DNA of 64,000 nt from Amphiscolops sp. MND2022 (lineage: Eukaryota), in NCBI GenBank assembly GCA_964187785.1, contig OZ076409.1, forward strand, positions 72,976,001 through 73,040,000, read 5' to 3'. Positions 10,201-25,200 of this stretch are shown here, in pieces. Below the pieces are notes generated by a model. That model made no database searches and was not told the origin of the DNA. It saw nothing but the letters and a program-made list of their open reading frames with translations. Within the stretch, counting starts at the first letter, position 1. Each line of letters starts with the position of its first letter. Both the position numbers and the translations under genes were made by a program.

Positions 10201-13200
10201 GGGGGAGATGAGAATGTACCCGCTAAATGACACGCACCATGGCCTAATTTTTACCTTTATGCGACGTTTTCTAGGCTTTCGCGCAAGCCCACTAATATTT
10301 ACACTGGTTTCTTTCTCTTTCACTCCAAACTTTCCGTCCGTACTAACCACCTTACACACCACCAGCTCAACGACACATCTGTAACGTCAACGCCACATAC
10401 TTGCATCAACGCCCACCGTCCGTGGGCATGCCGAGGCATGCCCTTCGACGACGTATGCCCGTTGTCACAACAGGGCGCCCCTACATTCTCTAGGTGGCCG
10501 GAAATTTTTTTTTCATCAAAATCTTTGCCATTGGGGGAGGGGCCCCGGATGGCCAGTAGTTCGGCTTGGCTACCTGCAAAATCAGGTACAAAAAAACACG
10601 ATCTCAAAATTGGCCCGTCAGAATTCGCTCATTTTTTGCATGCGGCCCTAGAATCAATATATAAGAACAAAGTCCTGCTGACGTTTTGCCCAAAAAACAT
10701 TTTTTGTTGACCAAAAATAACATTTTTCATGCCAAAATGACCGTTTTTTCACATTTTTCAACTTTGAGAGCTCATATCTTGTTCCCAGGTGCCCGGAGCG
10801 GTTCGCACGTGAACTGCAATATTGCTCAGCGTTGTTAGCGGAGTGCGTGGACAAATTTTGGTCCAAATCGGACTTAAACTCGGGGAGATATAAACGGATT
10901 TTTGGGGGTTTCCGGGGTAAATTTTTTAACGGTCCAGCTTATCTTTGCCATTTTTTCGAAAATGTACTCGCCTAAAGGCCTCCCCCTGGCCGAATTTCCT
11001 CCCAGCAAAACCATTTGGCCCTAAAAACGGAGTTTCAGCGTTCTAGCATTTCCGGGCCAAAAATTTGTGGGACTTAGAAAAAATTCAAAATTTTTCAAAA
11101 TTTTTTTTTTCGTTTTCCGGCCCCCCAATGAAGGGGAACGACCCCCCAACTAGGATTTTTGGTGAATCCATGCAAAAAGGTCTTGTTTAGTGGAGAAAAA
11201 TGCCGTTTAGAGCGACTTTTTATCTTAACTTGACGTTGACTTATGTCGTTTTGAATTTGATATTAGTATGTGTTGAGCATGTGAAAAGTTGAATATTTCA
11301 GTTGTTCTTTCGTGTTAGCCATTGAGATACAAGCTGTAGTGATCAAATTGTGATTTTTTGCAGTTTCGTGGTGCTTTTGGTGTATTTTGATTCATTTGAT
11401 AAAAAAGTTGTTCTTTATATATTGACAATTTTGGTGTATTGATTCAAATGAACATGAAACAGTTGAGTACATTTCATCTCCCTCTTGGGGGAGATGAGAA
11501 TGTACTCGCTAAAGTCCTAGTACTATGGCCCATTTTTGTTTTTATCAGACGCAGATACTGCCAACGGATACATTTTGTTGGTGCAACTTTCCTGTGCACA
11601 ATGTCTTTAGAAGCTAGAAAACTCTATGTCTCTAGCTTACTTCTCCTACAAATTCGTCACCGACGTCAACGCCACACACTCTCACTAACGCCCACCGTCT
11701 GTGGGCATGCCGAGGCATGCCCTTCGACGACGTATGCCAAATAGCGCCACAGGGCGCCCAATTTTGTCTAGGTGCCGGTGTTTTTTTACACAATGGGGGA
11801 AGTTGCGCGGTTGGGGAGTGTCCCTGACGCGCTCCCGGGATTTCGGATTTTTTAACCTTTACGTACCCATCAAAAATTTTGGGATCTCGAAAACTAGCCG
11901 TACGATTTGGCTGAAATTTGGCACACGTACCCCCCTCGGCACGGTGAAGATGATTCCCTACTGACGTTTTGCTCGCTAAACATTTTTTGTTGACCAAAAT
12001 AACGGTTTTTGGGGTAAAATTTTCAACTTTTTTTAAATTTTATCTTATATCTCGCCACGGGTTTACGCTAGCGCTTCCAAACCTTGCTGACGAAACCTTG
12101 CAAACTGTCTCAGGAATGCGGTGTGAAATTTTCAGCTCAATCGGACTCAAACTCGGGGAGATATAGCGTTTTTCCGGAGCGGGGGGGTTTCATTTTTCTA
12201 ACGGTCCAGCTTATCTTTGCCATTTTTTCGAAAATGCACTCGCCTAAAGGCCTCCCCTGGCCGGTTTTATTCCCAGCAAAACCATTTGGCCCTAAATACG
12301 GAGTTTCAGCGTTCCAGCATTTCCGGGCGAAAAGTTGTGGGACTTAGAAAATTTCAAAAATTTTCAAAAAATTTTTTTTCCGTTATTTGGGCCCCCAAAG
12401 TGGGGGAAAAGACCCCCCAACCAGTAAAGCAAGTGAATGCATGTGCAAAGCCCTTGTTTGGACGAGAAAAATTCCGTTTAGAACGTCTTTTTATCTTGGC
12501 TCAACGTTGACTTATGACGTTTTGAAGGTGATGTTTGGAGGTGTAAAGCAAGTGAATAGTAAACGTTATGAGTATTTATCTGATCTGAAAGCCATTGAGA
12601 TGCAATATGGTTTGCTCAAAACGTAATTCATTGCAGTTTGGCAATCAATCAACACCCTTTGTTGTCGTTTGACATACTTTTTTGTTGTTATAATAAAAAA
12701 TTTTGTGTATTTATTCATTTTTTTCTCATCAAATAACTTGGAACAGTTGAGTACATTCCATCCCCCCCTTCCGGGGGAGATGAGAATGTACTCGCAAAAA
12801 GCACCGAACTACGGCCCTTACCTTCCCGAGCTACGCAGTATAAGGATTACATATTGGTTCCGACATTTTCATAGAGTTATATCTTGGTAATCTGTCTGGA
12901 TATGCCGAAAAATCAGCACGTGCCTTTTAATACCAAGTTGCTCACAACGACAATTATTTTATATCAACGCCCCCATATTTATCAACGCCCCCCGTCCGTG
13001 GGCATGCCGAGGCATGCCCTTCGACGACCCGCACCAAAATATGCGTTAGCGCGGTAGCTGCTAGGTGGCCGTGTCTTTTCGACGTGCTTTTGCATTGAGG
13101 AGTGGGTAGGGCCCCGCGACGACCTAGAAGAATTGGATGCTCACCGAAACGTGCAGAATTCTACGAGATCTCATAGTTTGAGCCATACGATTTTTCTGAA

Positions 13201-16200
13201 ATTTGGCATGTGGCCTGGAATTGGTGAGTAGGTAAAACGTGTAGAAGGTAATTTTTCCCAAATTCCACTGTGAGAGGAGATATGGGCAAATAACGGACCC
13301 AAAAATGGGGAAAATGCACTTTTTTCAAGTTTGTCAGCCAATATCTCATTTCCAGGTGCCCGTAGCGTTCCGCACGTGGACATCAAAATTGCTCAGCGCT
13401 GTTGGAGGAGTGCGTGGACAAATTTTGGTTCAAATCGGACTGAAACTTGGCGAGAAATTAACGGTTTTTTGGGCGTTTCCGGGGTAAATTTTTTAACGGT
13501 CCAGCTTATCTTTGCCATTTTTTCGAAAATGTACATGCCTAAAGGCCTCCCCCTGGCCGAATTTACTCCCAGCAAACCCATTTGGCCCTAAATACGGAGT
13601 TTCAGCGTTCCAGCATTCCGGGGCGGAAAGTTGTGGGACTTTGAAAAATTTCAAAATTTTTCAAAATTTTTTTTTCCGTTTTCCGGGCCCCCCAATGAAG
13701 GGGAACGACACCCCAACCAGTATTTTGAGTAAATTCATGAGGAAAGCCCATGTTTAGAGGAGAAAAATGCCGTTTAGAACATCTTTTTATCCTAAATTGA
13801 TGTTGACTTATGATCTTTTGAGTAGCGTATAACACGTGATCACAGTAGTGAAAATCCTAATTTTCAATAATTTTCAAACAATAACGCATGAAAAGAACCT
13901 GGAAAAGGTTCCGATGGGTCAGTTGGGATGTCTGAAGCATGTGTACATTCCCGTAGTGTATAGCGGAGGTATTTGGGACTTATTAGAAATTGTGATAAAT
14001 TTTATACAAGTCTTTGTTTCTCTTAGAATCTTATGCCGTTGAGTACATTCCATCTCCCTTTCAGGGGAGATGTGAATGTACGTTTGCCAAATGCCTTGTA
14101 ACGTTCACAATTTTGATGGATTCAAATCGTTCAACAAGTGTGATTTGCGTTTGCCGAACCACTGCGACAAAATATCCTAAATCTATAGCGAGATTGTATG
14201 GTTTTTGTCTTTAGTGTTTCGTCTTGTGTAGCCGACTTCCACAACCAAATATCAACGCCCGCCGTCCGTAGGCATGCCGAGGCATGCCTTTCGACGACGT
14301 ATGCCAAATACCCAATGCCACGCTGTCATTATCGCTAGGTGCCGGGATTTCTATTCGATAAAGTATGTGGCGCGTGTGGGTAGGGTCCCTGGCGCGCTCT
14401 TGGGTATGGTGTTCACCAGCTAGGAAATAGGGGTCGATTTTTCGGGATCTCCTAAACTAGCCACACGATTTGGCTGAAATTTGGCACACGTACCCCCCTC
14501 GGCACGGTGAAGATGATTTCCTACTGACGTTTTTCCCGCAAAATTTTTTTTGTTGTCCAAAATAACGGTTTTTGGGGTAAAATTTTGAATTTTTTTTAAA
14601 TTTCATCTTATATCTCGCCACGGGTTTACGCTAGCGCTTCAAAACCCTGCTAAAGAAAGCTTGCAAACTGTCTCAGGAATGCGGTGTGAAATTTTCAGCT
14701 CAATCGGACTTAAACTCAGGGAGATATAGCGTTTTTCCGGAGCGGGGGGGTTTCATTTTTATAACGGTCCAGCTTATCTTAGCCATTTTTTCGAAAATGT
14801 ACTCGCCTAAAGACCTCCCCTGGCCGGTTTTATTCCCAGCAAAACCATTTGGCCCTAAATACGGAGTTTCAGCGTTCCAGCATTCCCGGGCGAAAAGTTG
14901 TGGGACTTAGAAAAATTCAAAAATTTTCAAAAATTTTTTTTTCGGTTTTCCGCCCTCCCCCCCCCGAGGGGAAAAGACCCCCCAACCAGTAATTTGAGTG
15001 AATTCATGTGGAAAGGCCATGTTTAGAGGAGAAAAATCCCGTTTAAATCGTCTTTTTATCTTTATTCAACGTTGACTTATGACGTTTTGAAGGTGATGTT
15101 TGGAAGGTGTGAAGCACGTGAAAAGTAAACGTTATGAGTATTTATCTGATCTGAAAGCCATTGAGATGCAACCTGTTTTGCTCAAAACGTAATTCATATC
15201 AGTTTGGTAGTCAATCAACACCCTTTGTTGTCGTTTGACATACTTTTTTGTTGATATAAGAAAAAATTTCGTGTATTTATTCATTTTTTTCTCATCAAAT
15301 AACTTGAAACAGTTGAGTACATTCCATCCCCCCTTCACGGGGGAGATGAGAATGTACTCGCAAAAAGCCCCGAACTACGGCCCTTACCTTCCTGAGCTAC
15401 GCAGTATAAAGATTGCATATTGGTTCCGACATTTTGATAGAGTTATATCTTGGTAATCTGTCTGGGTATGCAGAAAAACCAGCACGTGCTTTTTTATACC
15501 AAGTTGCTCACAACGACATTTATTTTATATCAACGCCCCCATATTTATCAACGCCCCCCGTCCGTGGGCATGCCGAGGCATGCCCTTCGACGACGTATAC
15601 CAAGATATGTTCGAGCGCGTTAGCCTAGGTGCCGGGATTTCTATTCGATAAAGTATGTGGCGCGTGTGGGTAGGGTCCCTGGCGCGCTCTTGGGTATGGT
15701 GTTCACCAGCTAGGAAATAGGGGTCGATTTTTCGGGATCTCCTAAACTAGCCACACGAATTGGCTGAAATTTGGCACACGTACCCCCATCGGCACAGTGA
15801 AGATGATTTCCTACTGACGTTTTTCCCGCAAAATTTTTTTTGTTGTCCAAAATAACGGTTTTTGGGGTAAAATTTTGAATTTTTTTTTAAATTTCATCTT
15901 ATATCTCGCCACGGGTTTACGCTAGCGCTTCAAAACCCTGCTAAAGAAAGCTTGCAAACTGTCTCAGGAATGCGGTGTGAAATTTTCAGCTCAATCGAAC
16001 TCAAACTCAGGGAGATATAGCGTTTTTCCGGAGCGGGGGGGTTTCATTTTTCTAACGGTCCAGCTTATCTTTGCCATTTTTTCAAAAATGCACTCGCCTA
16101 AAGGCCTCCCCTGGCCGGTTTTATTCCCAGCAAAATCATTTGGCCCTAAATACGGAGTTTCAGCGTTCCAGCATTCCCGGGCGAAAAGTTGTGGGACTTA

Positions 16201-19200
16201 GAAAAATTTCAAAAATTTTCGAAAATTTTTTTTCCGTTTTCCGGCCCCTCCCCCGAGGGGAAAAGACCCCCCAACCAGTAATATGAGTGAATTTATGTGG
16301 AAAGGCCATGTTTAGACGAAAAAATTGCCGTTTAGAACGTCTTTCTATCTCAACCTGACATTGACTTATGAAGCTTTAAAGGTGATGTTTGGACGTGTGA
16401 AGCATGTAAAAAAAGGAATTTTTTTGATTTTATTTCATCAGAAAGTCATTGAATCACACGCTGTGAAGCCCAGAGCGTGATTTCTAATAGTTTGGTATCG
16501 TTTAAACGCATTTTGGTGTCTTTTTACTCTGTTTAAAAAACTTTTCTCCTGAAAATTAATAAATTTTGATTACTTTTCTTACTTTCCATTAATTTTTTTT
16601 TCTTATATTTTTACTTGAAACAGTTGAGTACATTCCATCTCCCTTCCCGGGGGAGATGAGAATGTACTCGCAAAAAGCCGCGAACTACGGCCCATACCTT
16701 CCCGAGATACGCAGTATAAAGATAACATAATGGTCCAGACATTTTAATGGAGTTGTATCTTGGTAATATGTCTGGATTTGCAGAAAAATCAGCACGTGCC
16801 ATTTTATACCAAGTTGCTCGCAACGACAATTAATTTAAATCAACGCCCCCCACAAAAATCAACGCCCCCCGTCCGTGGGCATGCCGAGGCATGCCCTTCG
16901 ACGACGTGCACCAAAATATGCCCCGAGCGCGTTAGCAGCTAGGTGCCGGGATAACTATTCGTTCGAGTATGTGGCGCGTGTGGGTAGGGCCCCTGGCGCG
17001 CTCTTTTATTTCGGGTACACCTACTCCAAATTCACGATGTGATTTCGACGATCTCGTAAACTAGCCACACGATTTGGCTGAAATTTGGCACACGTACCCC
17101 CCTCGGCACGGTGAAGATGATTCCCTACTGACGTTTTGCCCGCTAAACATTTTTTGTTGACCAAAATAACGGTTTTTGGGGGAAAATTTTGAACTTTTTT
17201 TAAATTTCGTCTCATATCTCGCCACGGGTTTACGCTAGCGCTTCAAAACCTTGCTAACGAAAGTTTGCAAACTGTCTCAGGAATGCGGTGTGAAAATTTC
17301 AGCCCAATCGGACTTAAACTCGAGGAGATATAGCGTTTTTCCGGAGCGGGGGGGTTTCATTTTTCTAACGGTCCAGCTTATCTTTGCCATTTTTTCGAAA
17401 ATGTACTCGCCTAAAGGCCTCCCCTGGCCGGTTTTAATCCCAGCAAAACCATTTGGCCCTAAATACGGAGTTTCAGCGTTCCAGCATTCCCGGGCGAAAA
17501 GTTGTGGGACTTAGAAAATTTCAAAAATTTTCAAAAAATTTTTTTCCGTTATTTGGGCCCCCAAAGTGGGGCAAAAGACCCCCCAACCAGTAAAGCAAGT
17601 GAATGCATGTGGAAAGCCCTTGTTTAGACGAGAAAAATGGCGTTTAGAACGTTTTTTTATCGTAACTTGACATTGACTTTTGTCGTTTTGAAGGTGACCG
17701 TTAGATACGGAAAATTGATGTTTTGAGTGTTTATCCCATCTGAAAGCCATTGAGATACAACATGTTTTGCTCAAAACGTGTTTCATTGCAGTTTCGCTGT
17801 CCATTAACACCCTTTGGTGTCTTTTGACGTAATTTTCTTTTCTATAATAACAATTTCTTTGTGTATTTATTCATTTTTTTCTCATCAAATAACTTGAAAC
17901 AGTTGAGTACATTCCATCTCCCTTCCCGGGGGAGATGAGAATGTACTCGCTAAAGGTCAGGAACTACGGTCTATATCTTCCACAACACAAAAGAGATTGC
18001 AAATTGTTTCAGTTTGTCGCAGAAAACTTCTTTTTGCACTCTGTGACTCGACAAAGTGAACGTTTCTTACTTACTTTGAATCTCACCATACCACAACTCA
18101 TCTCTAACGTCAACGCCCCCCACACACATCAACGCCCCCCGTCCGTGGGCATGCCGAGGCATGCCCTTCGACGACGTATAGCAAAATATATTCGAACGCG
18201 GTAGCCGCTAGGTGCCGGGATTTTCTATTCGACAAGTTTGCGCGCCTTGGGGAGGGTCCCTTTGCGCGCTTTAAGATCCAGGTGTTTCCAACTCCTAAAC
18301 GGGCATGTGATTTCGACGATCTCCTAAACTAGCCATACGATTTGGCTGAAATTTGGCACACGTACCCCCCTCGGCACGGTGAAGATGATTCCCTACTGAC
18401 GTTTTTCCCGCTAAACATTTTTTGTTGACCAAAATAACGGTTTTTGGGGTAAAATTTTGAACTTTTTTTAAATTTCATCCTATATCTCGCCACGGGTACA
18501 CGCTAGCGCTTCCAAACCTTGCTGACGAAAGTTTGCAAACTGTCTCAGGAATGCGGTGTGAAATTTTCAGCTCAATCGGACTCAAACTCGGGGAGATATA
18601 GCGTTTTTCCGGAGCGGGGGGGTTTCATTTTTCTAACGGTCCAGCTTATCTTTGCCATTTTTTCAAAAATGCACTCGCCTAAAGGCCTCCCCTGGCCGGT
18701 TTTATTCCCAACAAAACCATTTGGCCCTAAATACGGAGTTTCAGCGTTCAAGCATTCCTGGGCGAAAAGTTGTGGGACTTAGAAAAGTTCAAAAATTTTC
18801 AAATAATTTTTTTCCGTTATTTGGGCCCCCAAAGTGGGGGAAAAGACCCCCCAACCAGTAAGGCAAGTGAATGCATGTGCAAAGCCCTTGTTTAGACGAG
18901 AAAAATGCCGTTTAGAACGTCTTTTTATCTTAACTTGACATTGACTTTTGTCGTTTTGAAGGTGACCGTTAGATACGGAAAATTGATGTTTTGAGTATTT
19001 ATCCCATCTGAAAGCCATTGAGATACAACATGTTTTGTTCAAAACGTGTTTCATTGCAGTTTCGCTGTCCATTATCACCCTTTGGTGTCTTTTCACGTAA
19101 TTTTCGTTTCTATAATAACAATTTTTTTGTGTATTTATTCATTTTTTTCTCATCAAATAACTTGAAACAGTTGAGTACATTCCATCTCCCTTCCCGGGGG

Positions 19201-22200
19201 AGATGAGAATGTACTCGCTAAAGGTCAGGAACTACGGTCTATATCTTCCACAACACAAAAGGGATTGCAAATGGTTTCAGTTTGTCGCAGAAAACTTCTT
19301 TTTGCCCTCTGTGACTCGACAAAATGAACGTTTCTTACTTACTTTGAAACTCAGCATACCACAACTCATCTCTAACGTCAGCGCCCCCCTACTTGCATCA
19401 ACGCCCACCGTCCGTGGGCATGCCGAGGCATGCCCTTCGACGACGTATACCAAGATATACCTGGAGCGCGGTAGCAGCTAGGTGCCGGGATTTCTATTCG
19501 ATAAAGTATGTGGCGCGCCTTGGGTAGGGTCCCTTGCGCGCTCTTGGGTATGGTGTTCACCAGCTAGGAAATAGGGGTCGATTTTTCGGGATCTCCTAAA
19601 CTAGCCACACGATTTGGCTGAAATTTGGCACACGTACTCCCCTCGGCACGGTGGAGATGATTTCCTACTGACGTTTTTCCCGCAAAATTTTTTTTGTTGT
19701 CCAAAATAACGGTTTTTGGGGTAAAATTTTGAATTTTTTTTAAATTTTATCTTATATCTCGCCACGGGTTTACGCTAGCGCTTCAAAACCCTGCTAAAGA
19801 AAGCTTGCAAACTGTCTCAGGAATGCGGTGTGAAATTTTCAGCTCAATCGGACTCAAACTCAGGGAGATATAGCGTTTTTCCGGAGCGGGGGCGTTTCAT
19901 TTTTCTAACGGTCCAGCTTATCTTAGCCATTTTTTCGAAAATGTACTCGCCTAAAGACCTCCCCTGGCCGGTTTTATTCCCAGCAAAACCATTTGGCCCT
20001 GAATACGGAGTTTCAGCGTTCCAGCATTCCCGGGCGAAAAGTTGTGGGACTTAGAAAATTTCAAAAATTTTCAAAAAAATTTTTTTCCGTTTTCCGCCCT
20101 CCCCCCCTAGGGGAAAAGACCCCCCAACCAGTAATTTGAGTGAATTCATGTGGAAAGGCCATGTTTAGAGGAGAAAAATCCCGTTTAAATTGTCTTTTTA
20201 TCTTTATTCAACGTTGACTTATGACGTTTTGAAGGTGATGTTTGGAGGTGTGAAGCACGTGAAAAGTAAACGTTATGAGTATTTATCTGATCTGAAAGCC
20301 ATTGAGATGCAACCTGTTTTGCTCAAAACGTAATTCATATCAGTTTGGTAGTCAATCAACACCCTTTGTTGTCATTTGACATCTTTTTTTGTTGATATAA
20401 GAAAAAATTTCGTGTATTTATTCATTTTTTTCTCATCAAATAACTTGAAACAGTTGAGTACATTCCATCCCCCCTTCACGGGGGAGATGAGAATGTACTC
20501 GCAAAAAGCCCCGAACTACGGCCCTTACCTTCCTGAGCTACGCAGTATAAAGATTGCATATTGGTTCCGACATTTTGATAGAGTTATATCTTGGTAATCT
20601 GTCTGGGTATGCAGAAAAACCAGCACGTGCTTTTTTATACCAAGTTGCTCACAACGACATTTATTTTATATCAACGCCCCCATATTTATCAACGCCCCCC
20701 GTCCGTGGGCATGCCGAGGCATGCCCTTCGACGACGTATACCAAGATATGTTCGAGCGCGTTAGCCTAGGTGCCGGTGTTTTCTTCACTTTTGAGGAAGT
20801 TGCGCGTGTGGGTAGGGCCCCTGGCGCGCTCCGTTGTCCCTGTGTTTACATCTTAGAAAATTTGAGTAAAAAAATGGGATCTCGAAAACTGGCCACACGA
20901 TTTGGCTGAAATTTTGCATACGGCTCCCTATGACAGTTGTAAGAACTAATCCCTAGTGGCGTTTTGCCCGGAAAATTTTTTTTGTTGACTTATTCACATT
21001 TTTAGGGTCAAAAAATGGCGTTTTTTTGAAAAATTTTTTTTTCAGAGACAATTACTCGAAACTGGTGCACCCAGCGCAGTAACGCCTAGCTGATTTATTG
21101 TTGGGCATTTCATGAGGAGTCCGTATACAAATTTTCGTCCAAATCGGATAAAAAATGATTGAGAAATAACTGAAAATTTGAGGAATTTTTTGGGAAATTT
21201 TCGAAAACCCAGTCTATCTCTGCCGTTTTTTGCCCAGATTTTTTTTGAGACACTCTCCTAAAGACCTCCCCTGGCCGGTTTTCCTCCCAGCAAAACCATT
21301 TGGCCCTAAATACGAAGTTTCAGCGTTCTAGCATTCCCGGGCGAAAAGTTGTGGGACTTAGAAGAATTTTTTGGAAACGCAAAATTTGTAAAGTCAACTT
21401 CAGGCCTCCCAAAGTCAAGGAACTTCCACACAACTAGTATTGCAAGTGAATGCATGTGGAAAGTACTCGGATAGACGAGAAAAATGAGCTATAGAAAGAC
21501 TCTGTAGCTCAACCTGACGTTGACTTATGATGTTTTGAATGTGTGCTTGCTAAGGGGTCCGAAACTGAAAATTTTTAAAGAAAATTAATATCGTCAAAAA
21601 TTCATCGGAATGCCTGCAATATACAGTAGAGCGTGTTCAATTGTAGCTGATTAATGCATCAACGCCGTTCAAGGTCTTTTAACTCAGTTTCAAAATTTTG
21701 TACACTGTATTATTCATCCGAGAGCACAAAACAGTTGAGTACATTCCATCTCCCCTCCGTGGGAGATGAGAATGTACTCGCTAAAGTCCAGGTGCTACAG
21801 CCCATATTTGTTTTTTTGCGGCGCTATTTATGCTAGTGCGCACACGTATTAACTTTTTACCTGATTTTACTTTTGTCAGTACTTTTACTTTGACTTGACA
21901 TATACTGAACATTATGTCCTTCTATCATACACATGACTAACGTCAACGCCCCATCCTTGCTTCAACGCCCACCGTCCGTGGGCATGCCGAGGCATGCCCT
22001 TCGACGACGTATGCCAAAGATATTCCCGAGCGCGTTAGCCTAGGTGGCCGGAAATTTTTTTTTCAGCAAAATCTTTGCCATTGGGGGAGGGGCCCCGGAT
22101 GGCCAGTAGTACGGTATAGCTTCCTACCAAATCCAGATGGAAAAAACGTGATTTTGGAAACTAGCCGTCAGAATTTGCTCAAATTTTGCATACGGCTTCC

Positions 22201-25200
22201 TATGACAATCCTAAGAACTAATCCCTACTGGCATTTTGCCCAAAAAACGCAAAAAGTTGGTCAAAATCTTAGTTTTTTGGTCAAAAAATGGCGTTTTTTC
22301 GAAAAAAAATTTTTTCAGAGACAATTACTCGTAACTGGTTCACCCAGCGCAAAAACGCCTAGCTGATTTATTGTTGGGCACTTCATGAGGAGTGCGTATA
22401 CAAATTTTCGTCCAGATCGGAAAAAAAATGACTAAGTATTAGCCGGAATTCGGACGCATTTTTTCGCAAATTTTTGAAAACCTAGTCTATCTCTGCCGTT
22501 TTTTGCCCAGATTTTTTTCCAGGTCCTCTCCTAAAGGCCTCCCCTGGCCGGTTTACTTCCCAGAAAAACCATTTGGCCCTAAATACGGAGTTTCAGCGTT
22601 CTAGCATTCCCGGGCGAAAAGATGTGGGACTTAAAAAAAATTCAAAATTTTTCAAAAAAATTTTTTTTCGTTTTCCGTCCCCCCAATGAAGGGGAACGAC
22701 CCCCCAACGAGGATTTTTGGTGAATTCACGTGGAAAGGCCTTGTTTTGTGGAGAAAATTGCCGTTTAGAGCGACTTTTTATCTTAACTTGACGTTGACCT
22801 CTGTCGTTTTGAATTTGATATTAGTATGTGTTGAGCATGTGAAAAGTTGATGATTTCAGTTGTTCTCTCGTGTTCAAGCCATTGAGATACAAGCGGTAGT
22901 GATCAAAATGTGATTTATCGCAATTTGGTGGTGCTTTTGGTGTATTTTGATTCTTTTAAATAAAAAGTTGTTCTTTATATATTTGGTGTATTGATACAAA
23001 TGAACAAGAAACAGTTGAGTACATTTCATCTCCCCCCTTGTGGGGGAGATGAGGATGTACCCGCTAAATGACACGCACAATGGCCCAATTTTATTTTTAT
23101 GCGACGTTCTCTAGGCTTTTGCGCAAGCCCACTAAAATTTAGACTGGTTTCCTTTTCTTTTACTCCAAAATTTTCCGTACTAACCACCTTACGCACCACC
23201 AGCTCAACGTAACATCTGTAACGTCAACGCCACACACTCTCACTAACGCCCACCGTCCGTGGGCATGCCGAGGCATGCCCTTCGACGACGTATGCCAAAT
23301 AGCGCCACAGGGCGCAAACTTGTCCGCTAGGTGGCCGTGTCTTTTCGACGTGCTTTTGCATTGAGGAGTGGGTAGGGCCCCGCGACGACCTAGAAGAATT
23401 GGATGCTCACCGAAACGTGCAGAATTCTACGAGATCTCATAGTTTGAGCCATACGATTTTTCTGAAATTTGGCATGTGGCCTGGAATTGGTGAGTAGGTA
23501 AAACGTGTAGAAGGTAATTTTTCCCAAATTCCACTGTGAGAGGAGATATGGGCAAATAACGGACCCAAAAATGGCAAAAATGCACATTTTTCAACTTTGT
23601 CAGCCAATATCTCTTTTCCAGGTGCCCGTAGCGTTCCGCACGTGGACATCAATATTGCTCAGCGCTGTTGGAGGAGTGCGTGGACAAATTTTGGTTTAAA
23701 TCGGACTAAAACTTGACGAGAAATTAACGGTTTTTTGGGCGTTTCCGGGGTAAATTTTTTAACGGTCCAGCTTATCTTTGCCATTTTTTCGAAAATGTAC
23801 ATGCCTAAAGGCCTCCCCCTGGCCGAATTTACTCCCAGCAAACCCATTTGGCCCTAAATACGGAGTTTCAGCGTTCCAGCATTCCGGGGCGGAAAGTTGT
23901 GGGACTTGGAAAAATTTCAAAATTTTTTCAAAAATTTTTTTTCCCGTTTTCCGGGCCCCCAATGAAGGGGAACGACCCCCCAACCAGTATTTTGAGTGAA
24001 TTCATGTGGAAAGCCCATGTTTGGAGGAGAAAAATGCCGTTTAGCACATCTTTTTATCTTAACTTGACATTGACTTATGACGTTTTGAATGTGATGTTAG
24101 GATATATGAAGCATGTTAAAAGTTGAAGTTTTGAGTCTTTATCTCATCGGAAAACCATTGAGATACAAGCAGTTTTGCTAAAAACGATTTTCATTGTAGG
24201 TTAGCAGAGTATTAGTACACTTTGATGTCATTTGAGTATATTTTTCTTCTATATAATAACTGTTTTTATGTATTTATTCCAATTTATCTCATCTTTTAAC
24301 ATCAAGCAGTTGAGTACATTTCATCTCCCTTTCGGGGGAGATGAGAATGTACTCGCTAAAAACCTAATGCTATGGCGCCAATGTTTGGATGGGAAGTTTT
24401 CTATGCTTTGAAAAAAGTTATTTTTAATTACTTGATTTTTTAAAACAATAATTAACATGAAGTACATTACTTGCTCCTACTACTACCACCATACATCTCT
24501 AACGTCAACGCCCCCTGCTTGCATCAACGCCCCATCGTCCGTGGGCATGCCGAGGCATGCCCTTCGACGACGTATGCCAAATGCCCAGTGCCACGCAGTC
24601 TTTCCCCGCTAGGTGCCGGGATTTTCTATTCGACAAGTTTGCGCGCCTTGGGGAGGGTCCCTTTGCGCGCTTTAAGATCCAGGTGTTTCCAACTCCTAAA
24701 CGGGCATGTGATTTCGACGATCTCCTAAACTAGCCATACGATTTGGCTGAAATTTGGCACACGTACCCCCCTCGGCACGGTGAAGATGATTCCCTACAGA
24801 CGTTTTTCGCGCTAAACATTTTTTGTTGACCAAAATAACGGTTTTTGGGGTAAAATTTTCAACTTTTTTTAAATTTCATCTTATATCTCGCCACGGGTAC
24901 ACGCTAGCGCTTCAAAACCTTGCTGACGAAAGCTTGCAAACTGTCTCAGGAATGCGGTGTGAAATTTTCAGCTCAATCAGACTTGAACTCAGGGAGATAT
25001 AGCGTTTTTCCGGAGCGGGGGGGTTTCATTTTTCTAACGGTCCAGCTTATCTTTGCCATTTTTTCGAAAATGTACTCGCCTAAAGGCCTCCCCTGGCCAA
25101 ATTTACTCCCAGCAAAACCATTTGGCCCTAAATACGGAGTTTCAGCGTTCCAGCATTCCCGGGCGAAAAGTTGTGGGACTTAGAAAAATTTCAAAATTTT

